Made by a program: the position numbers and the translations under genes. DNA of 64,000 nt from Gammaproteobacteria bacterium (GTDB lineage Bacteria; Pseudomonadota; Gammaproteobacteria; Xanthomonadales; SZUA-5): NCBI GenBank assembly GCA_030430155.1, contig JAUIFV010000004.1, positions 172 to 64,171 on the forward strand, written 5' to 3'. Every line of letters starts with the position of its first letter. The first letter of the stretch is position 1. Below the pieces are notes generated by a model, which did not search any database, was not told the DNA's origin, and worked only from the letters and a program-made list of their open reading frames with translations. Positions 46,780 to 56,790 of the stretch are shown here, piece by piece.

Positions 46780-47541
46780 ATGATGACCAAGCAAGCACTG
46801 GCCCTGGGGTTGCTGGTCGGCTGGCTCTGCGCAGGACCCTTGGCTGCTGCCGAGGTGACCGTCACCCTGCGCAATTTCGCTTTCGAACCCAACGACATCA
46901 CCATCAACGTCGGCGACACGGTTCGTTTCGTCAATCAAAGCGGCTTCCACGATGTGCAGGCCGATGACGGCAGTTTCGGCAACGCCGCCGCCGGCGCGCC
47001 ATGGGAATTCACTCAGACCTTCGACAGCGTCGGCGAGGTCTTCGTGCATTGCTCCATCCACAGCGCCGCCGGGGCCAACATCGACACCAGCATGAATGCG
47101 CGGATCGACGTTGTAGAAGCCGGCTTTGCCATCAATCAGGGACTCTCGGGCGCCTGGTTCAACCCGCTGACCAGTGGCCAGGGCATCCTGTTTGATATCG
47201 AGCCGGGCGAGCAGTTCATCTTCGGCGCGATCTTCACCTATGAAACGGCCACTGCGGCCAAGCTGGGCGCGCCGGAGCATCGCTGGCTGACCGTGCAGGG
47301 CAACTATCAGGGCAACACCGCCCAGCTGCCGATCTTTGTCACCAGCGGCGGCGTTTTTGATCAACCGGTCCCCACCAATACGGTGCCTATCGGCAATGCC
47401 ACGGTGATCTTCGATTCCTGCACTTCGGCGACGCTGGGCTATGAGCTGGACGACCCGCCCTTGAGCGGGCTGATCCGGCTGCAGCGGGTGATACCCGGCA
47501 CCGAAGCGCTGTGCCAGCAGTTGGACGGCGCCACGCGATAG
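46780..47541 (+). CDS. Secreted cupredoxin paralog with C-terminal SGAWFNP domain
   Basis: FEPNDITINVGDTV, HDV, CSIH...M; C-terminal domain nearly identical to the upstream gene. Confidence 0.8.
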   Translation: MMTKQALALGLLVGWLCAGPLAAAEVTVTLRNFAFEPNDITINVGDTVRFVNQSGFHDVQADDGSFGNAAAGAPWEFTQTFDSVGEVFVHCSIHSAAGANIDTSMNARIDVVEAGFAINQGLSGAWFNPLTSGQGILFDIEPGEQFIFGAIFTYETATAAKLGAPEHRWLTVQGNYQGNTAQLPIFVTSGGVFDQPVPTNTVPIGNATVIFDSCTSATLGYELDDPPLSGLIRLQRVIPGTEALCQQLDGATR

Positions 47542-47595
47542 CGTCTGGTAGCAGCCGGGCTGGACAAGCATGGCGCGCTGCACTGCAATCGGGCC

Positions 47596-49209
47596 ATGCA
47601 ATACGTATTTGTGGATCTGAGTATTGATCTGGACGCGCGCCGGGTCACCCGCGACGGCGTCGATCTGCAGCTGCAGGGGTTGAGCTTCGATCTGCTCGCC
47701 TATCTGCTGGCCCAGGGTGAGCGGGTGGTCGGCGCCGACGAACTGATCGCCAAGGTCTGGGCGCCGGCGCTGGTCAATGAGGAAACCGTGACCCAGCGGG
47801 TCAAGCTGCTGCGCCAGGCCTTGGGGGACGACAGTCGCCGGCCGCGCTATCTGCGCACGGTGCGTGGGCGCGGCTATCAGCTGTGCGCGGTGCCGCTAGC
47901 CCATGCTGCGGCCGACGGCGCTGATCCGACCGATGGCGCCGAGCGCTTGCTGGGGCGGCCGTGGGCCAAGGCGGCCGCCGCGGCGCTGGTGATCGCCATA
48001 TTGATGCTGGGCGCGCTGTGGTGGCCGCGTGCTGAGCAGGTCGCCGAGCGGCGTTCGCTGGCCAAGCTGCATCCCGGCGGCTCGGATACGGCGGCGGTGG
48101 GACTGCTGGAGCGAGCGCGATACTACGCCGGCATCGGCCAGCGCGATGACACCCTGCGCGCCATCGATCTGTATCGGCAAGTCTTGGCTGACGACGGTGA
48201 CAGCATCGACGCCCGCCTGGGCCTGAGCTTCGCCTGTAGCGCGATGATGTGTCAGCACAATGGCGGCAGCCAGTGGGCCTTCGAGGCCGAACAGCTGGCC
48301 CAAACGCTGATCGCGCAGGACCCAGCGCATGCCGCGGCCTACGCCGCCCGAGCCTATGCCGCCGACTGTCGCGGATTGATCGACCGGGCGATGGCCGACT
48401 ACGCACACGCGGTGAAGCTGGATCCGGCTGGCCGGCTGGATTCGCTGGCCTCGCTGGCCCATCTGCAAGCGGTGCGCGGGGAACTATCCCGCGCCTTGGC
48501 GGGCAATCTACGCGCCCGCAGCGGCCGGCACAATCTGCGCCTGGTGGATCTGCAGCTGGCCCACACCCTGGAACTGCTCGGCTATGCCGGCGCCGCCGAG
48601 CGGCTGCTGCAGCGCAGCTTTCAGCTGCATCCCGACAGCGCCTTTATCGCCGCCGCCTGGCCAGCCTATCTGTACCGGCAGGGGCGGCTGCAGCAGGCAC
48701 GTGAGGCACTCGCCCAAGCCCAGCAGCGCCCACAGCATCCCGACCTATGGCTGCTGGCCGCCGAATTGGCGCTGCTCGACGGTGACACCGCAGCCGCCGC
48801 CGATACTTACGCCAAAGCGGCCGCGCTCAAGCCGGGCAGCGGCCCGGCCGAGTCCCTGCACCGCATCCACAGCGCCACCTTGGACAGGACATGGGCGCAG
48901 GCGCGGCTGCAGCAGCTGGCGCAGGGCATCGAAGCCGGTGATCGCTGGCCCGACAACTGGTTGGAGATCGCCCAGCTGCAGCTGGCGCTCGGCGATCCGG
49001 ACTCGGCCTTGGATGCGCTGGATCAGGCGCGCCAGGCCGGCTATCGGGATCGTGCCGAGCTGACCGTGTCACCGCTGTGGCGACCGCTACGCAACCATCC
49101 GCGCTTTATCGCATTGCTCGAGAAGATCGCCACCGCCGTCGCCGCCGAACGCGAAAAAGCGCGACTGGTGCCGGGTCTGGCCGAGTTGCTTGCCGAGGGT
49201 GTCAGCTAG
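47596..49209 (+). CDS. Membrane-anchored wHTH (CadC/ToxR-like) regulator with TPR domain
   Basis: LLAYL, ELIAKVW, LRQALGDD...YLRTVRGRGY; single TM; Ala-rich TPR-like helices. Confidence 0.85.
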   Translation: MQYVFVDLSIDLDARRVTRDGVDLQLQGLSFDLLAYLLAQGERVVGADELIAKVWAPALVNEETVTQRVKLLRQALGDDSRRPRYLRTVRGRGYQLCAVPLAHAAADGADPTDGAERLLGRPWAKAAAAALVIAILMLGALWWPRAEQVAERRSLAKLHPGGSDTAAVGLLERARYYAGIGQRDDTLRAIDLYRQVLADDGDSIDARLGLSFACSAMMCQHNGGSQWAFEAEQLAQTLIAQDPAHAAAYAARAYAADCRGLIDRAMADYAHAVKLDPAGRLDSLASLAHLQAVRGELSRALAGNLRARSGRHNLRLVDLQLAHTLELLGYAGAAERLLQRSFQLHPDSAFIAAAWPAYLYRQGRLQQAREALAQAQQRPQHPDLWLLAAELALLDGDTAAAADTYAKAAALKPGSGPAESLHRIHSATLDRTWAQARLQQLAQGIEAGDRWPDNWLEIAQLQLALGDPDSALDALDQARQAGYRDRAELTVSPLWRPLRNHPRFIALLEKIATAVAAEREKARLVPGLAELLAEGVS

Positions 49210-49234
49210 ACCCATCGCCCGCCGGCAGCCTCTT

Positions 49235-49430
49235 GCAGGAGCAAGCCCCGTGCGTGAAGGCTCTTTGTTAGGAGCCAGCCTGCTGGCGATACGCAACGTT
49301 CCGACCCATGGGCGTCGTTCACGAAGGCCGATTAATCCGATCGCCTGCAGGCAGGCTCCTACATGCGAGCGATAGCTTCCGGCCCGGGGCGTAGCGCCGA
49401 TTGATCTGATCGCCTGCAAGCACGCTCTAC
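49235..49430. repeat. REP cluster, family C
   Basis: TAGGAGCCAGCCTGCTGGCGA and inverted TCGCCTGCAGGCAGGCTCCTAC plus two degenerate units between convergent genes. Confidence 0.8.
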
Positions 49431-50563
49431 CGGGAACCAGGCGCCGCGCGGTCCCCAACCAGCACCGGCAACACCATCTCGGCGAACATCTTCTGCGTGT
49501 TCGGATGCGCGTAGCGCTGGTTGTAGGCGGTGCTGGTGATAACCGCGACGCTGCCGCTTTGCGGGTGGATGTAGACGTAGTTGCCGCCGTTTCCGCTCAT
49601 TGCCCAGACCCGATGCTGCTGATCGTCAACGGTGTAGTTGAAGCGCCAGATCAGGTAGCCGTAGTCGGCGTCGTCGCGGGCGTTGACCTGCACGCTCAGG
49701 GTCTGCTCCACCCACTTGGCGGAGATCACCTGCTGCTCGCCCCAGCGTCCGCCCAGGCGCAGCAGCTCACCCAACCGGAGCAGATCCCGCGAGCGATAGC
49801 GGGTGCCGCCGCCGCCCACGCCGACGCCTAGCGGGCTTTGATTCCAACGCACGGTTTCGATACCTAACGGCCCTTCCAGGTGCTTGGCCGCGAACTCGGC
49901 CAGATTCTCACCGACGACCCGCTGCACCGCCGCACCGAGCAGGTAGACCCCGGCGGTGCAGTAGCTGAAGGAGCGACCGTAGGGACTGTCTTCGGGCTTG
50001 CTCATCCATGGCGCGAAACCCTTGATCGGCAGATCGAGCACAAAGCCGGTCCAGTCCTCGGTCACATACATGCGCTCTTCGTTGCCGCTGGAGTAGGGGT
50101 TGTCGTCGTTGCATTCCAGCAGCGAGCTCATGGTCAGCAGGTCGGCGAAGCTGGTCTGCGCCTTACGTGGGTCGGGGTTTGCCGCGCGGTGGTCGGCAAA
50201 CAGCGGCATGATGGGATCGTCCACGGCGCCGAACAGGCCCTGGTCGAAAGCGATACCGACCAGCATGCCGGTGACCGTCTTGGTCGCGCTGCGGGTGTCG
50301 CGCAGCAAAGCTACGGAGTCGCCGTCGGCATCCGTGTCCCGATAGCGCTCGTACAGCAGGTGGCCATCCCGCGCCACCAGCACCGAGCTGATCCCCGGAT
50401 ACTCCTCCCCGTCCAGCGCCTGGCGCAGCGGCGCCCATTGCTCCGCAGCCACGCCGGATTGTTCCGGGGTCAGTAGCGTCCAGGCGCCGGACCGGTCCAC
50501 CGGCTCGGGCAATGTCGCCGCATGGGCACTGAATGAAAGCAGGCAAATCAACAGGCTACGCAT
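49427..50563 (-). CDS. Serine hydrolase, beta-lactamase class C-like family
   Basis: Signal peptide; SATK (SxxK), LLTMSS, FSYCT, YGYLIW, SGNGG. Confidence 0.87.
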   Translation of the reverse strand: MRSLLICLLSFSAHAATLPEPVDRSGAWTLLTPEQSGVAAEQWAPLRQALDGEEYPGISSVLVARDGHLLYERYRDTDADGDSVALLRDTRSATKTVTGMLVGIAFDQGLFGAVDDPIMPLFADHRAANPDPRKAQTSFADLLTMSSLLECNDDNPYSSGNEERMYVTEDWTGFVLDLPIKGFAPWMSKPEDSPYGRSFSYCTAGVYLLGAAVQRVVGENLAEFAAKHLEGPLGIETVRWNQSPLGVGVGGGGTRYRSRDLLRLGELLRLGGRWGEQQVISAKWVEQTLSVQVNARDDADYGYLIWRFNYTVDDQQHRVWAMSGNGGNYVYIHPQSGSVAVITSTAYNQRYAHPNTQKMFAEMVLPVLVGDRAAPGSR

Positions 50564-50610
50564 GAACAGATCCTCTGTGAAAGGTGCCGCCATTGCGCCC
50601 AAAGCGAAGA

Positions 50611-50645
50611 TGAAGTGCCTGAAGTGGGAATGAAGAAGGGTGAAA
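50611..50645 (-). promoter_or_regulatory. Phased TGAAG direct repeats, putative wHTH operator
   Basis: TGAAG at 50611, 50620, 50631 and TGAAA at 50641, upstream of the serine hydrolase. Confidence 0.45.
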
Positions 50646-50833
50646 GATCAGATCCAGTAGCCAGGAAGAGTCAAAGCGTCGCTTCGGGCCGAGAGTGGCG
50701 AGCGGCAAACGGAGCGCCGGCGTCTCGCCGGCATGCCCCTGATCCAGTGTCGGAGCGTGCCGGCTGTTGTCCAGACCAAGCCGCGCCGAGCGCGCTCTCC
50801 TGGCTACTGGAACTGAGCTCTTAGCTACTGGAA

Positions 50834-51463
50834 CTAAATCACGCGCAGCGTGATGGCCTTCAGCACCGCCCTGGTACGATCCCGCGTCCCCAGCTTGTCG
50901 AGTATCTCGCTGACGTAGTTCTTCACCGTGCCCTCGCTCAAGTGAATGCTGCGGGCGATTTCCTTGTTCGAGTAGCCGCCGGCGAGCAGGCGCAGGATGG
51001 AGATTTCGCGCTCGTTGAAGGTGTCGGTGGGCGGGGCCTGGTCGCGGTAGGCATAGCGGGCGCGCACCGGATCGGTGGGCACCGGGGCGAGCAGGGTTTC
51101 GCCGCGGGCGACGCGGACGATGGCTTCGTAGAGATCCTCGGGCGAGGCATCCTTGAGCAGAAAGCCCTGCGCGCCGACTTCGGCCGCGCGCAGCGCGAAG
51201 TCCGCCTCGTCAAAGGTGGTGAGCAGGATCACCGGTACCGGGTTGTCCGCGCCGCGCAGCTGCTCAACCAGGGCGATACCGTCCATGCCGGGCATGCGGA
51301 TGTCGGACAGCACCAGATCCACCGGATTGGCAGCCATCTGCGCCAGCAGAGCGGCGCCGTCGTCGGCCTCCACGCTGACTTCAATATCGGCGAACTCGGC
51401 CAGCAGCGCGCGCAGGCCGGACCGAACCAGCGCCTGATCATCGGCCAGGGCTATGCGAATCAT
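50834..51463 (-). CDS. NarL/LuxR family response regulator
   Basis: ADDQALVR, DIRMP, LTTFD, FLLKD; GYSNKEIA...EGTVKNY HTH. Confidence 0.92.
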   Translation of the reverse strand: MIRIALADDQALVRSGLRALLAEFADIEVSVEADDGAALLAQMAANPVDLVLSDIRMPGMDGIALVEQLRGADNPVPVILLTTFDEADFALRAAEVGAQGFLLKDASPEDLYEAIVRVARGETLLAPVPTDPVRARYAYRDQAPPTDTFNEREISILRLLAGGYSNKEIARSIHLSEGTVKNYVSEILDKLGTRDRTRAVLKAITLRVI

Positions 51464-52623
51464 CCTTTGACTCCATCGATTGCCAGCGGAAAGCTGGCGT
51501 GTAGATTCAGCCCGCCAGCGCCGGCAGCACTGACGCTCAGATCGCCGCCCAGCTCTTCAAAACGCTCGCGCATCCCGCTCAAGCCGCCGCCCGGTCGCAC
51601 CGGGCCGCTGACTCTACCGTTGTCTTCGATACGCAGGTCTAGGCGCTCGCCGTCGGCGCGCAAGGACACCCGCAGCTGCTGGGCATTGCCGTGGCGAGCG
51701 GCATTGGTCAGCGCCTCCTGCACCGCCCGCATCACCGCCTCGACCTGGGCAAACTGCAGCGCCGGTAGCGGCTCGACGATGTCCAGGCTCAGTTTCGGCC
51801 GCGGGAAGGGCAGCGCGATGCGCTGCAGCGCCGCGCGCAGATCCAGGCCCGGTTCGGCGCGCAGCTGCTGCACCACGCGGCGCAGATTCTGCAGCAGCTC
51901 ATCGGCCAGGCCGGCGCACACTGCGATGCGCTCCGGATCGGGCTGGCGCTGATCGCGGGCCAGCACGCCCAAGTTCAGCTTCAGCGCGGTCAGGCCGTGA
52001 CCGGCCACATCGTGCAGCTCGCGCGACATCCGCAGCCGTTCCTGATCGCGCGCGCTTTCGGCCAGCAGCAGCCGGGTGGTCATCAGCTCGGCGTTGGTGG
52101 CGCGCAGGTCCTCTGCCATGCGTTCGGCCGCCTGCATGTTGCGGATCACCAGCGTGGCGAAGGCTTGAAAACTGGCGTAGGCGACCACCGCCAGCAGCGC
52201 ATCGCGCAGGGTGGCGTTGGTCTGGGTCAGCATGAACACCACGACCAGGGAGTTGGAGCCGAGCAGGATCAGTACCACCGCCCACGGCGGCAGGCGCATC
52301 GCCAGCATCACCGCAAACAACACCAGCAGGATATTGGCCGTGCCGAAGGGCCATAGGTAGATCACAAACAGCGCGCTGCTGAGCATGGCCACGTACAGCG
52401 CCGTCAGGCTGATTCTGGATGTCGAAGGCGGCACGTTGGCGCCGGCGACAAAGCTCAGCAGGAACACGATCAAGGCGGCGGTAGCCTGCGGCAGCAGCGT
52501 CGGATGCAGCTGTTCCACCGCGCTCCGGGTGGTAATCCAGACCACGCCCCAGGCCGCATAGCCGGCCAGCGACAGCGGGCTGATCAGCTCGGCGAACCAG
52601 GTTGGCAGGTTGGGCTTGCGCAT
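51460..52623 (-). CDS. Membrane sensor histidine kinase, HisKA_3 (DesK/UhpB-like)
   Basis: About 6 TMs; ERLRMSRELHDVAGH, QEALTNAARH, DNG, GLSGMRER. Confidence 0.9.
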   Translation of the reverse strand: MRKPNLPTWFAELISPLSLAGYAAWGVVWITTRSAVEQLHPTLLPQATAALIVFLLSFVAGANVPPSTSRISLTALYVAMLSSALFVIYLWPFGTANILLVLFAVMLAMRLPPWAVVLILLGSNSLVVVFMLTQTNATLRDALLAVVAYASFQAFATLVIRNMQAAERMAEDLRATNAELMTTRLLLAESARDQERLRMSRELHDVAGHGLTALKLNLGVLARDQRQPDPERIAVCAGLADELLQNLRRVVQQLRAEPGLDLRAALQRIALPFPRPKLSLDIVEPLPALQFAQVEAVMRAVQEALTNAARHGNAQQLRVSLRADGERLDLRIEDNGRVSGPVRPGGGLSGMRERFEELGGDLSVSAAGAGGLNLHASFPLAIDGVKG

Positions 52624-52674
52624 GCATTGAGCATCGCAGCCCGAATCGGCGGCGACAACCGCGCACGGCGGATT

Positions 52675-52713
52675 GGTGACTTCCGGCACCCTGGGTCGAT
52701 GACCGCCGGCACC
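52675..52713 (+). promoter_or_regulatory. Tandem operator sites between the two-component system and its divergent target
   Basis: GGTGACTTCCGGCACC (52675) and GATGACCGCCGGCACC (52698), 23 bp apart. Confidence 0.6.
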
Positions 52714-52768
52714 TGATGCGAGCCGGGTCCGCCGGCAAGCTGGTGGCGTCGGATCACAGGAGCCACCC

Positions 52769-53476
52769 ATGGACAGCTATCGCCTCGCCGTCATTGCCCA
52801 TATCAGCGCCGGCAGTATCGCGCTGATTCTATTTTGGACCGCCGGACTGATGAAGAAGGGCACGCCCGTGCACCGCAAGGTGGGTCAGGTCTATCTGCTG
52901 GCCATGCTTGGCATCCTGCTCAGCGGCGTGCCGCTGGTCAGCGCCGCCTTCGCCCGCGGCCAAGTCTATGGCGGCCTGTTCCTCGGCTACCTGCTGCTGC
53001 TGGTCAGCCACTCCTGCTGGAGCGCCTGGCGATCGATCCGCGACCGCCGCGATCGCCGGCGCTACTTCGGCCCGGTGTTCTGGTTCCTGACCGCCCTGGT
53101 CGCCACTGCCGGCGTGTCCATTTCCGCTCTGGGGCTGAGCGTGGGCTCGGGCCTGCTGAGCACCTTCGGTCTGGTCGGGCTGTCGGTAGGCATCGGCGCC
53201 TGGCGCGGTTGGAAGCGCGCTAGCAACGACCCGAAATGGTGGCTGAAGGAGCACTACGGGGCGATGATCGGCAATGGCGTGGCCACCCATATCGCTTTCT
53301 TGGGCGTCGGCCTGCGCAAGCTGCTGCCGGCGGTGGACTCGGGCAGCCTGCAGCTGTTTGCCTTCACCGCACCGCTGTTTGTGGCCATGGCAGCGGCCTG
53401 GTGGCTGAATCGCAAATACGGCGGCAAGCCGGCTCCGCGCCAGCGCGTTGACGTAACGACTGCCGTCGAAGCCTGA
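52769..53476 (+). CDS. DUF2306-like membrane protein
   Basis: H...G..AL, KKG..VHRKVG.VY, W..EH...M conserved His; 6-7 TMs. Confidence 0.7.
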   Translation: MDSYRLAVIAHISAGSIALILFWTAGLMKKGTPVHRKVGQVYLLAMLGILLSGVPLVSAAFARGQVYGGLFLGYLLLLVSHSCWSAWRSIRDRRDRRRYFGPVFWFLTALVATAGVSISALGLSVGSGLLSTFGLVGLSVGIGAWRGWKRASNDPKWWLKEHYGAMIGNGVATHIAFLGVGLRKLLPAVDSGSLQLFAFTAPLFVAMAAAWWLNRKYGGKPAPRQRVDVTTAVEA

Positions 53477-53581
53477 ATCGTTGATCGCTAGACCGTGCTG
53501 CCCCGCATCGCCGGGGCAGTTTGCGCTTCGGATGCGGCTAAACTGCCCAGCTTCATTGCTGGTCGCCGGAGCCGACTACCC

Positions 53582-54028
53582 ATGCAGCTGGAGTTTCACT
53601 GGAGTCGCCTGGACCAGCTCAGCGGCGTGCAGTTCCATCAGATCATTGCCGCGCGCGAGGCGGTGTTCATCGTCGAACAGGACTGCCCCTACCAGGATGC
53701 CGATGAGCTGGACCAGCACAGTTGGCATCTGCGCGTGCTCTCCCAGAGCAAACTGGCCGGCTATCTGCGCATCGTCGATCCCGGCTACAAGTACGCCGAA
53801 GCCTCCATCGGCCGGGTCCTGACCACCGCGCCCTTTCGCGGCACCGGCGTGGGTCAGGCGATGATGGACGAAGCGCTGGCCTACACCGCTCAGCACTACG
53901 CCAATCCGGCTGTCCGTCTCAGCGGCCAGTCCTATTTGCTGCGCTTCTACCGCAGCTTCGGCTTTGAGACGGTGGGAGAGGAATACCTGGAGGACGGGAT
54001 TCCGCATGTTGAGATGCTGCGCGGCTGA
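53582..54028 (+). CDS. ElaA-like GNAT acetyltransferase
   Basis: R.AVFIVEQDCPYQD.D, IGRV, YLEDGIPH..M. Confidence 0.9.
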   Translation: MQLEFHWSRLDQLSGVQFHQIIAAREAVFIVEQDCPYQDADELDQHSWHLRVLSQSKLAGYLRIVDPGYKYAEASIGRVLTTAPFRGTGVGQAMMDEALAYTAQHYANPAVRLSGQSYLLRFYRSFGFETVGEEYLEDGIPHVEMLRG

Positions 54029-54175
54029 GGACGCCCTGAGGCAGGGTGTTTGCTTTTTCCTTTCCATAGCGACGGATATCCTGCGCTTGTTCGTTTAGCC
54101 ATGGGCATCGGTTGAATGCGGTAGCGCGGACCGGGCCAGGCACCCACTGCAACAGCGCCAGGAGCCTTTCCTTCA

Positions 54176-55585
54176 TTGATCAGAACATTCTCCACACTCG
54201 CCTTGGCGGGTTTGCTATGCGTGGGCTGCAGCGTCGCCCCGCAGCGAGCGGCGGTCGAGCCCGAGCTGCCCGCGCAGTTCGTCGGCGCCGGTAAGCAGCT
54301 GGCGCCGGCGCTGTGGTGGCAAGCCTTTGACGATGCCGAGCTGGACCGGTTGGTTGCGCTGGCGCTGGCCGAGAACCCGTCGCTGCAGGCGGTGGCGGCA
54401 CGGCTGCGCGCCGCTCAAGCCCAGGCCAGTGGCAGCGCCGCCGGCCTGTTTCCATCGCTGAGCGCGTCTCGTTCGGTCAGCGAGGGTTTCGATGATCAGC
54501 CGGACGATCGGATCCATGCGGCCGGGCTGTCTGCTGCCTATGAGGTGGATCTGTGGGGCCGGGTACGCGCCGGGCGTGACGCCAGCCGGCTGCAGGCGCA
54601 GGCCACCGCGCAGGAGCTGGCGGCGGCGCGGATTTCGCTGGCGGCCAATGTCGCCGTGCTCTGGTACCAGATCGGCAGCAGCGCCGAGCGGCTGGGTCGC
54701 ATCGAGACCGAGCGTGAGGTTTACGAGCGCATCGGGCAGCTGGTGGAGACCCGCTATCGCTACGGCCAGGCACCGGCCAGCGACGTGCTGCGGCAGCGCC
54801 AGCTGATCGAGTCGACGCGGTCGTTGGAAGCGGCCACGCTGGCCGAGCTGGGCGTCCGACAGAACGCCCTGGCCGAGCTGTTGGGTCAGCCTGCGCTGGC
54901 CGCCGAGCTGGCCGGGCGCCTGCCCGCGCTGACAACGGCATTGCCGGCCACCGGCGTGCCGGCGGTCGCGGTCAACCGTCGTCCAGACGTGCGCGGGGCC
55001 TGGCTGCAGGTGCAGGCGGCCGACCGCACAGTGGCGGCGGCAGTGGCCAATCGCTTTCCCCAGCTCAATCTGAGCGCCAGCTACAGCAGCAGCGGCGCCG
55101 CCGGCGCGGAATTCTTCGACAGCTGGCTGGGAACGCTGATGGCCTCGCTGGGCGCGCCGTTGATTGACGGCGGCGCACGTCGAGCCGAGGTGGCGCGCAC
55201 TCAAGCGGTGCTCGATCAGCGTCTGGCCGACTACCGCGGCGCGGTGCTGGGCGCCTTCCGTGAAGTTGCCGACGCCCTGCTGCAGGACCAGCAGCTGCAG
55301 ATCCGCGTGGCCAGCCTGGAGCAGCAGCTGGCGCTCTCCGATCAGGTGGTGGATAGACTGGAACGGCAGCTGCGCAACGGCAGCGACAGCTATTTGGCCC
55401 TGCTCGATGCGCAGATCACCAACAGCGCGCTGCGCCGCGAGGTGATCAGCACCCGCCAGCTGTGGGCCGAACAGCGCATCGGCCTGTATCGCGCCCTGGC
55501 CGGGCCGCTGCCGGCAGATCCGAATCATGTCGCCACCGCTTCCGCCGCTGACCAGCAAACGACCATGGATGTCACCGTTCAATGA
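54176..55585 (+). CDS. RND efflux outer membrane lipoprotein (OprM/NodT family)
   Basis: Lipobox VGC, WWQAFDD, YEVDLWG, RRPDV, AFREVADAL, LYRAL. Confidence 0.9.
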   Translation: MIRTFSTLALAGLLCVGCSVAPQRAAVEPELPAQFVGAGKQLAPALWWQAFDDAELDRLVALALAENPSLQAVAARLRAAQAQASGSAAGLFPSLSASRSVSEGFDDQPDDRIHAAGLSAAYEVDLWGRVRAGRDASRLQAQATAQELAAARISLAANVAVLWYQIGSSAERLGRIETEREVYERIGQLVETRYRYGQAPASDVLRQRQLIESTRSLEAATLAELGVRQNALAELLGQPALAAELAGRLPALTTALPATGVPAVAVNRRPDVRGAWLQVQAADRTVAAAVANRFPQLNLSASYSSSGAAGAEFFDSWLGTLMASLGAPLIDGGARRAEVARTQAVLDQRLADYRGAVLGAFREVADALLQDQQLQIRVASLEQQLALSDQVVDRLERQLRNGSDSYLALLDAQITNSALRREVISTRQLWAEQRIGLYRALAGPLPADPNHVATASAADQQTTMDVTVQ

Positions 55586-56790
55586 ACGCCCTAACCAGCA
55601 ACCGCCGCCGCTTCGCCCTGATCATCGTTGCCGTACTGGTGGCGGCGATCATCATCAGCCGGGTGCTGATCGCCACCGCGCCCAAGGCCCAGCGCAAACC
55701 CGGCGAGCGCCAGGCCCGGCTGGTCGAAGTGGCGACCATGCAGCCGGTCGATCAACGAGTCAGCATCAGTGCCTACGGTCAGGTCGAGGCCTCGCAGCGG
55801 ATCAACCTCTCTGCGCAGGTGGCGGGCCGAGTGCTTTCGCTGTCGCCGCGTTTCGTGCCCGGGCAGCGGGTCCGCGCCGGCGAAGTGCTGCTACAGATCG
55901 ATCCGGCCGACTATCAGGTCGCGCTGGACAGCGCCAAGGCGGCGCTGGCTTCGGCGCAGGCGGCGCTGGCTCAGGAGCGTGGCAGCCAGGCGGTGGCCAA
56001 GGGCGATTTTGAGGCGCTCAAGCTGGAGGTCGACGACGCCGAACGCGCGCTGATGCTGCGCGAGCCGCAGCTGCGCGCCGCCGAGGCCAGCCTGCGCTCC
56101 GCCGAAGCCGCGGTGGCGCAGGCAGAGCTGAATCTGCAGCGCTGTACGCTACGCGCACCGATGGACGCGCTGGTGCTCAGTCGCAGTGTGGGCGTCGGCG
56201 CGCAGGTCAGCGGCGCCAACATGGCGCTGGCCGAACTGGCTGCAGCCGAGCCCTTCTGGGTCACGCTGCTGCTGCCGGTGGACGATTTGCGCTGGGTGCA
56301 ACTGCCGCAGGGCGACGTCGAAGGCTCAACGGTGGAGTTGCGCGACGTCAGCCAGCCGCAGGCGCCGGCCTGGCCGGGCCGGGTGATCCAGCTGCTCGAT
56401 GCGGTGGAGGAACAGGGTCGGCGGGCGCGGGTGCTGGTTGAGGTCAATCCCGATTCGGCCGCAGGCGGCGCGCCGCTGTTGCTGGGCAGCTACGTGCAGG
56501 CGACGATCCGCGGACGAGAGCTGCAGCAGGTGTATCGACTGGATCCGGCCTGGCTGGACGGCAACCGGGTGTGGAGCGTGCGCGATGGCCGGTTGCAGGG
56601 CGTTTCCGTCGAGGTGCTGCATCGCAGTGAAGCAGCGGCGCTGGTGCGCGCCGAGTTTCAGCCCGGCGAAAAGGTGGTGAGCAGCCTGCTGACCGCGGCC
56701 GTGGACGGCATGCGGGTGCGCAGCGCCGATGACCCGCCGCCCGAAGCCATGCAGGGCGCGCAGCGCGGCGCGCCGGAGGCAGCGCAATGA
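55582..56790 (+). CDS. RND efflux periplasmic adaptor (MFP)
   Basis: N-terminal TM, QVAGRV, GEVLLQIDPADY, LRAP lipoyl/hairpin pattern. Confidence 0.9.
   Translation: MNALTSNRRRFALIIVAVLVAAIIISRVLIATAPKAQRKPGERQARLVEVATMQPVDQRVSISAYGQVEASQRINLSAQVAGRVLSLSPRFVPGQRVRAGEVLLQIDPADYQVALDSAKAALASAQAALAQERGSQAVAKGDFEALKLEVDDAERALMLREPQLRAAEASLRSAEAAVAQAELNLQRCTLRAPMDALVLSRSVGVGAQVSGANMALAELAAAEPFWVTLLLPVDDLRWVQLPQGDVEGSTVELRDVSQPQAPAWPGRVIQLLDAVEEQGRRARVLVEVNPDSAAGGAPLLLGSYVQATIRGRELQQVYRLDPAWLDGNRVWSVRDGRLQGVSVEVLHRSEAAALVRAEFQPGEKVVSSLLTAAVDGMRVRSADDPPPEAMQGAQRGAPEAAQ

Noticed and set aside
49235-49430. REP clusters or heptamer arrays as CRISPR arrays
   Set aside because: Units alternate in orientation or lack spacers; no cas genes
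50803-50834. CTACTGGAACT direct repeat at the regulator's 3' end
   Set aside because: Only two copies and no supporting context
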